A DNA stretch of 63,443 nt, the filler included, from Choristocarpus tenellus KU-1152 (Eukaryota; Protista; Phaeophyceae): assembly GCA_964200185.2 (NCBI GenBank). It is 10 parts of 10 records of this genome, joined end to end, with 100 filler letters (N's around TTAATTAATTAA, not from the genome) between each part and the next. Parts side by side here need not be neighbours in the genome. Positions count along the whole stretch, not along the records: positions 60,911 to 63,443 come from CAXNAD020026989.1; 9 more parts are not named here. One strand, 5' to 3'. The translations under genes and the position numbers were made by a program. Shown piece by piece: positions 61,051 to 63,443 of the stretch (the first letter of the stretch is position 1; each line of letters opens with the position of its first letter). Under the pieces are notes generated by a model. The model saw only the letters and a list, made by a program, of their open reading frames with translations. It ran no database searches and was not told the origin of the DNA.

Positions 61051-62067
61051 GGTCGCAAGCGATGGCGTGTATTCTCTCCCCCCCCCCCCTCAGCCAGACC
61101 CAATGCTGACCCCATGGCTAGGGGGAAGGGGTTGGATGTACTTTCTGTGGAAGAGCTCTTGGGGTACAGAGAGCCGCTGCTGGATGTTGTTGTGGAACCT
61201 GGACAGGTGATTGTTCTCAACCCTAAGTAGAATTGTATTGTAACAGACCACTTCCCTGTCCCCCCTTCTTTCACCCCACACCCCTCTATTACATAGTATT
61301 TCTATTGGAAGCATATCATCTTGACACTAATAAAAAAAAGACCCCATTTATATGTAGGCCAAGTTATATATTCCATTTAATGTATATTCCACAGTTGATG
61401 TTATTGATAATTATAGACATGTGTGATTTTTACATTGAAGGAGTGGGATGTATATATAGTATATATGCCGTGTTTATATAGTATATATGCCGTGTTTATA
61501 GGGTTAGGGATGGAGGGATTTGGACAAATTGGTCCAGGGGAATCATGAGGATAATTTCCGGTAAGTGAAGAGGACCTGTATTATGTAATGTGAGGAGTGA
61601 CTGACTACTCCAGAGGTGTTATGCAAAGTGAGAAGAGGCACATATGATATGGTGTAGTAAGTAGGAGAGAGGGGCAACAAGGGCCCAACTGATAGGAGAA
61701 CAATGGGTGACTAAGTGACTAAGTGGTGTAGTGACTGGAGTTAGCCCTTTTCTACTATGTTGATGCAATTTTATATTTATTTCTTTACATGGTTGCTCCA
61801 TACCTTTGCACTGACATCAGCAAAGACAGACCCTAACCCTAATCCTAGAGAGGAATTATGAACAAGTGGGATAAATATCACATGAGAAGCAATAACCAAG
61901 AGTGTGCTCTCCCGACCCTTCCTATGTCTCTCTCTCTCTCTCTCTCTCACCACTGTGGTTTCCTTATTATTATTAATATTATTATTATTAATATTAATAT
62001 TATTTTGTAATACATGGGTTTCCCCTACCTGTGACTCTTGGTATAAGCTCAAGTGAAAAATATAATG

Positions 62068-62102
<35 letters not shown>

Positions 62103-62851
62103 TCTATCTATTTTCTTTTTTTCACTTGATAGTTTTTTTGTATGTTATCTCGGTTCCTCTAGTGATAATGTTGTAGGTTGATAATGTTGTAGGTTGCTAC
62201 ACATTCAAAGCCTTATATTGCTACATAATTTGCTTTCAAGTTGATGCAGGTGTGTAATAGTAGTGGTAATAATAATAATAAAACAGCTTCAACCCTAACC
62301 CTGGCTATGATTTTTTTTTTGCTGTAATACACCGTTGTATATACGTTTATGGACCTCTCTAAAACTACATTTAATTTCTGCACAACATACCATTTGTTTT
62401 TATTTTTTATTCTACAACAATTTAATTTAAAAAAAAAAACTTGTTTATGTATGTATATATATATATATATATATTTTTTTTTTACCATTTATTATGTATT
62501 ACTGATTTTTGAACTTCTGTCTCAGATCCTGTATGTTCCAGCCGGGTTTCCACATACGACAGATACTGTGACCCGAATGGACTTGGATCAAAACACAGAA
62601 CCTTCTGTTCACCTCACAATGGGTGTTGACACTCACATCTGGGGTCTCAACTACGCCTCTCTTCGGACATTCAGTCTTGCAAGGGCAGGATACAAGGACC
62701 CTCTTGTGGCTGGGGGACCTCGGGGAGGGGCAGATGCCTGGGCAGGGGGAGGGGGGTTGGAAGGCAAAGTGGATGATGATGCCTACTGGGGTCTTTTTTC
62801 GTCGCTACCGATGGGTTTCCTAGGGAGTAAGGCGGTGGTGGGCTTGACCAG
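61051..62851 (+). CDS. JmjC/cupin 2-oxoglutarate oxygenase (ROX/NO66-like), internal exons
   Basis: Exon 61051-61206 (GRKRWRVF...LLDVVVEPGQ) joins exon 62526-62851 (ILYVPAGFPHTT...SVHLTMGV), giving the cupin/JmjC motifs GxKxW, LEPGDxLYxPxGxxH and SxHLT. Confidence 0.85.
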
Positions 62852-62877
62852 GTGAAGGCGGGGTTCGTTTTTTGAGG

Positions 62878-63065
62878 GGATGTGATGTCAATGATGGTAG
62901 ATGCGATATAAAATGGTGGCAGATGTGATGTCGATGATGGTAGATGTGATATAAAATGGTGGCAGATGTGATGTCGATGATGGTGCGGCGTGTTGTGTCC
63001 TGCTGATTTTGGTGAGAAATTGGAGGGAGATTGTTGGTGAGAAATTGGAGGGAGATTGTTGGTGA
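62878..63065. repeat. Short intronic tandem repeats
   Basis: GATGTGATGTC.ATGATGGTAGATG.GATATAAAATGGTGGCA occurs more than twice, followed by TGGTGAGAAATTGGAGGGAGATTGT twice. Confidence 0.8.
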
Positions 63066-63443
63066 TCGGTGAAGGATAGGATGGGGGGTGAGTGTGATGG
63101 TACGTCCATTTTTATGAAACCAAACCACACTTGTGTTCTTGACTGTGATTGTTCTGATTTCTGATAGAGAGTGGTGGTGGTGGTGGTGGTGGTGGTGGTG
63201 GTGTATTTGACGCAAGTGTAGAAAAGAACTGTCTTCTGTTGCATCTGTTGGTCTGTTTTGTAACCTCTCATGTCGACAACCATTTCGATCAGAATGTTTA
63301 CTAATGTTGACTCTGCTCTACATATTTTGATGAGTGATGAGGTGTGGCTTGGATCAACGGGGGGGGGGGGGGGGGGGGGGGAAGTTGTTTTTTTGGTTTT
63401 TGTTGTATTCTAACATATTTTTGAAAAAGAGAGGAGAGGAAAA

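Noticed and set aside
62820-63283. His-rich and Thr-rich ORFs on the minus strand
   Set aside because: They derive from a (GGT)n microsatellite and short tandem repeats in an intron of the JmjC gene.

Overview
Intron-rich eukaryotic DNA. The gene content (flagellar ODA docking-complex gene, ferlin, GT/GC-AG introns, scattered TTAGGG motifs, RTE/Copia/pogo relics) fits a brown alga or related stramenopile (inference). The window is about 10 separate short contigs joined by artificial N44-TTAATTAATTAA-N44 linkers, so linkage across linkers is meaningless. Recognisable genes or fragments are an FtsH AAA+ lid exon, ODA1/CCDC114 (ODAD1) head-to-head with a low-complexity gene, an MBOAT (DGAT1/SOAT-like) acyltransferase, a ferlin-like C2 protein, a JmjC/cupin oxygenase and one more hypothetical gene. 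Mobile DNA includes a decayed Copia element with two related solo LTRs, RTE-LINE and pogo/Tigger relics and an abundant TIR-MITE family. The highlight is contig 37600-50738. It carries two diverged paralogous multi-exon genes arranged head-to-head. Hand splicing gives intact proteins of at least about 460 aa, each with a stonustoxin-like MACPF/CDC pore-forming domain, a helical linker and the start of C-terminal MORN-like repeats, and no signal peptide. This is a candidate two-component cytosolic pore-forming (immune or cell-death) system with an unusual MACPF-MORN architecture. Family assignments come from motif recognition by eye, not database searches.
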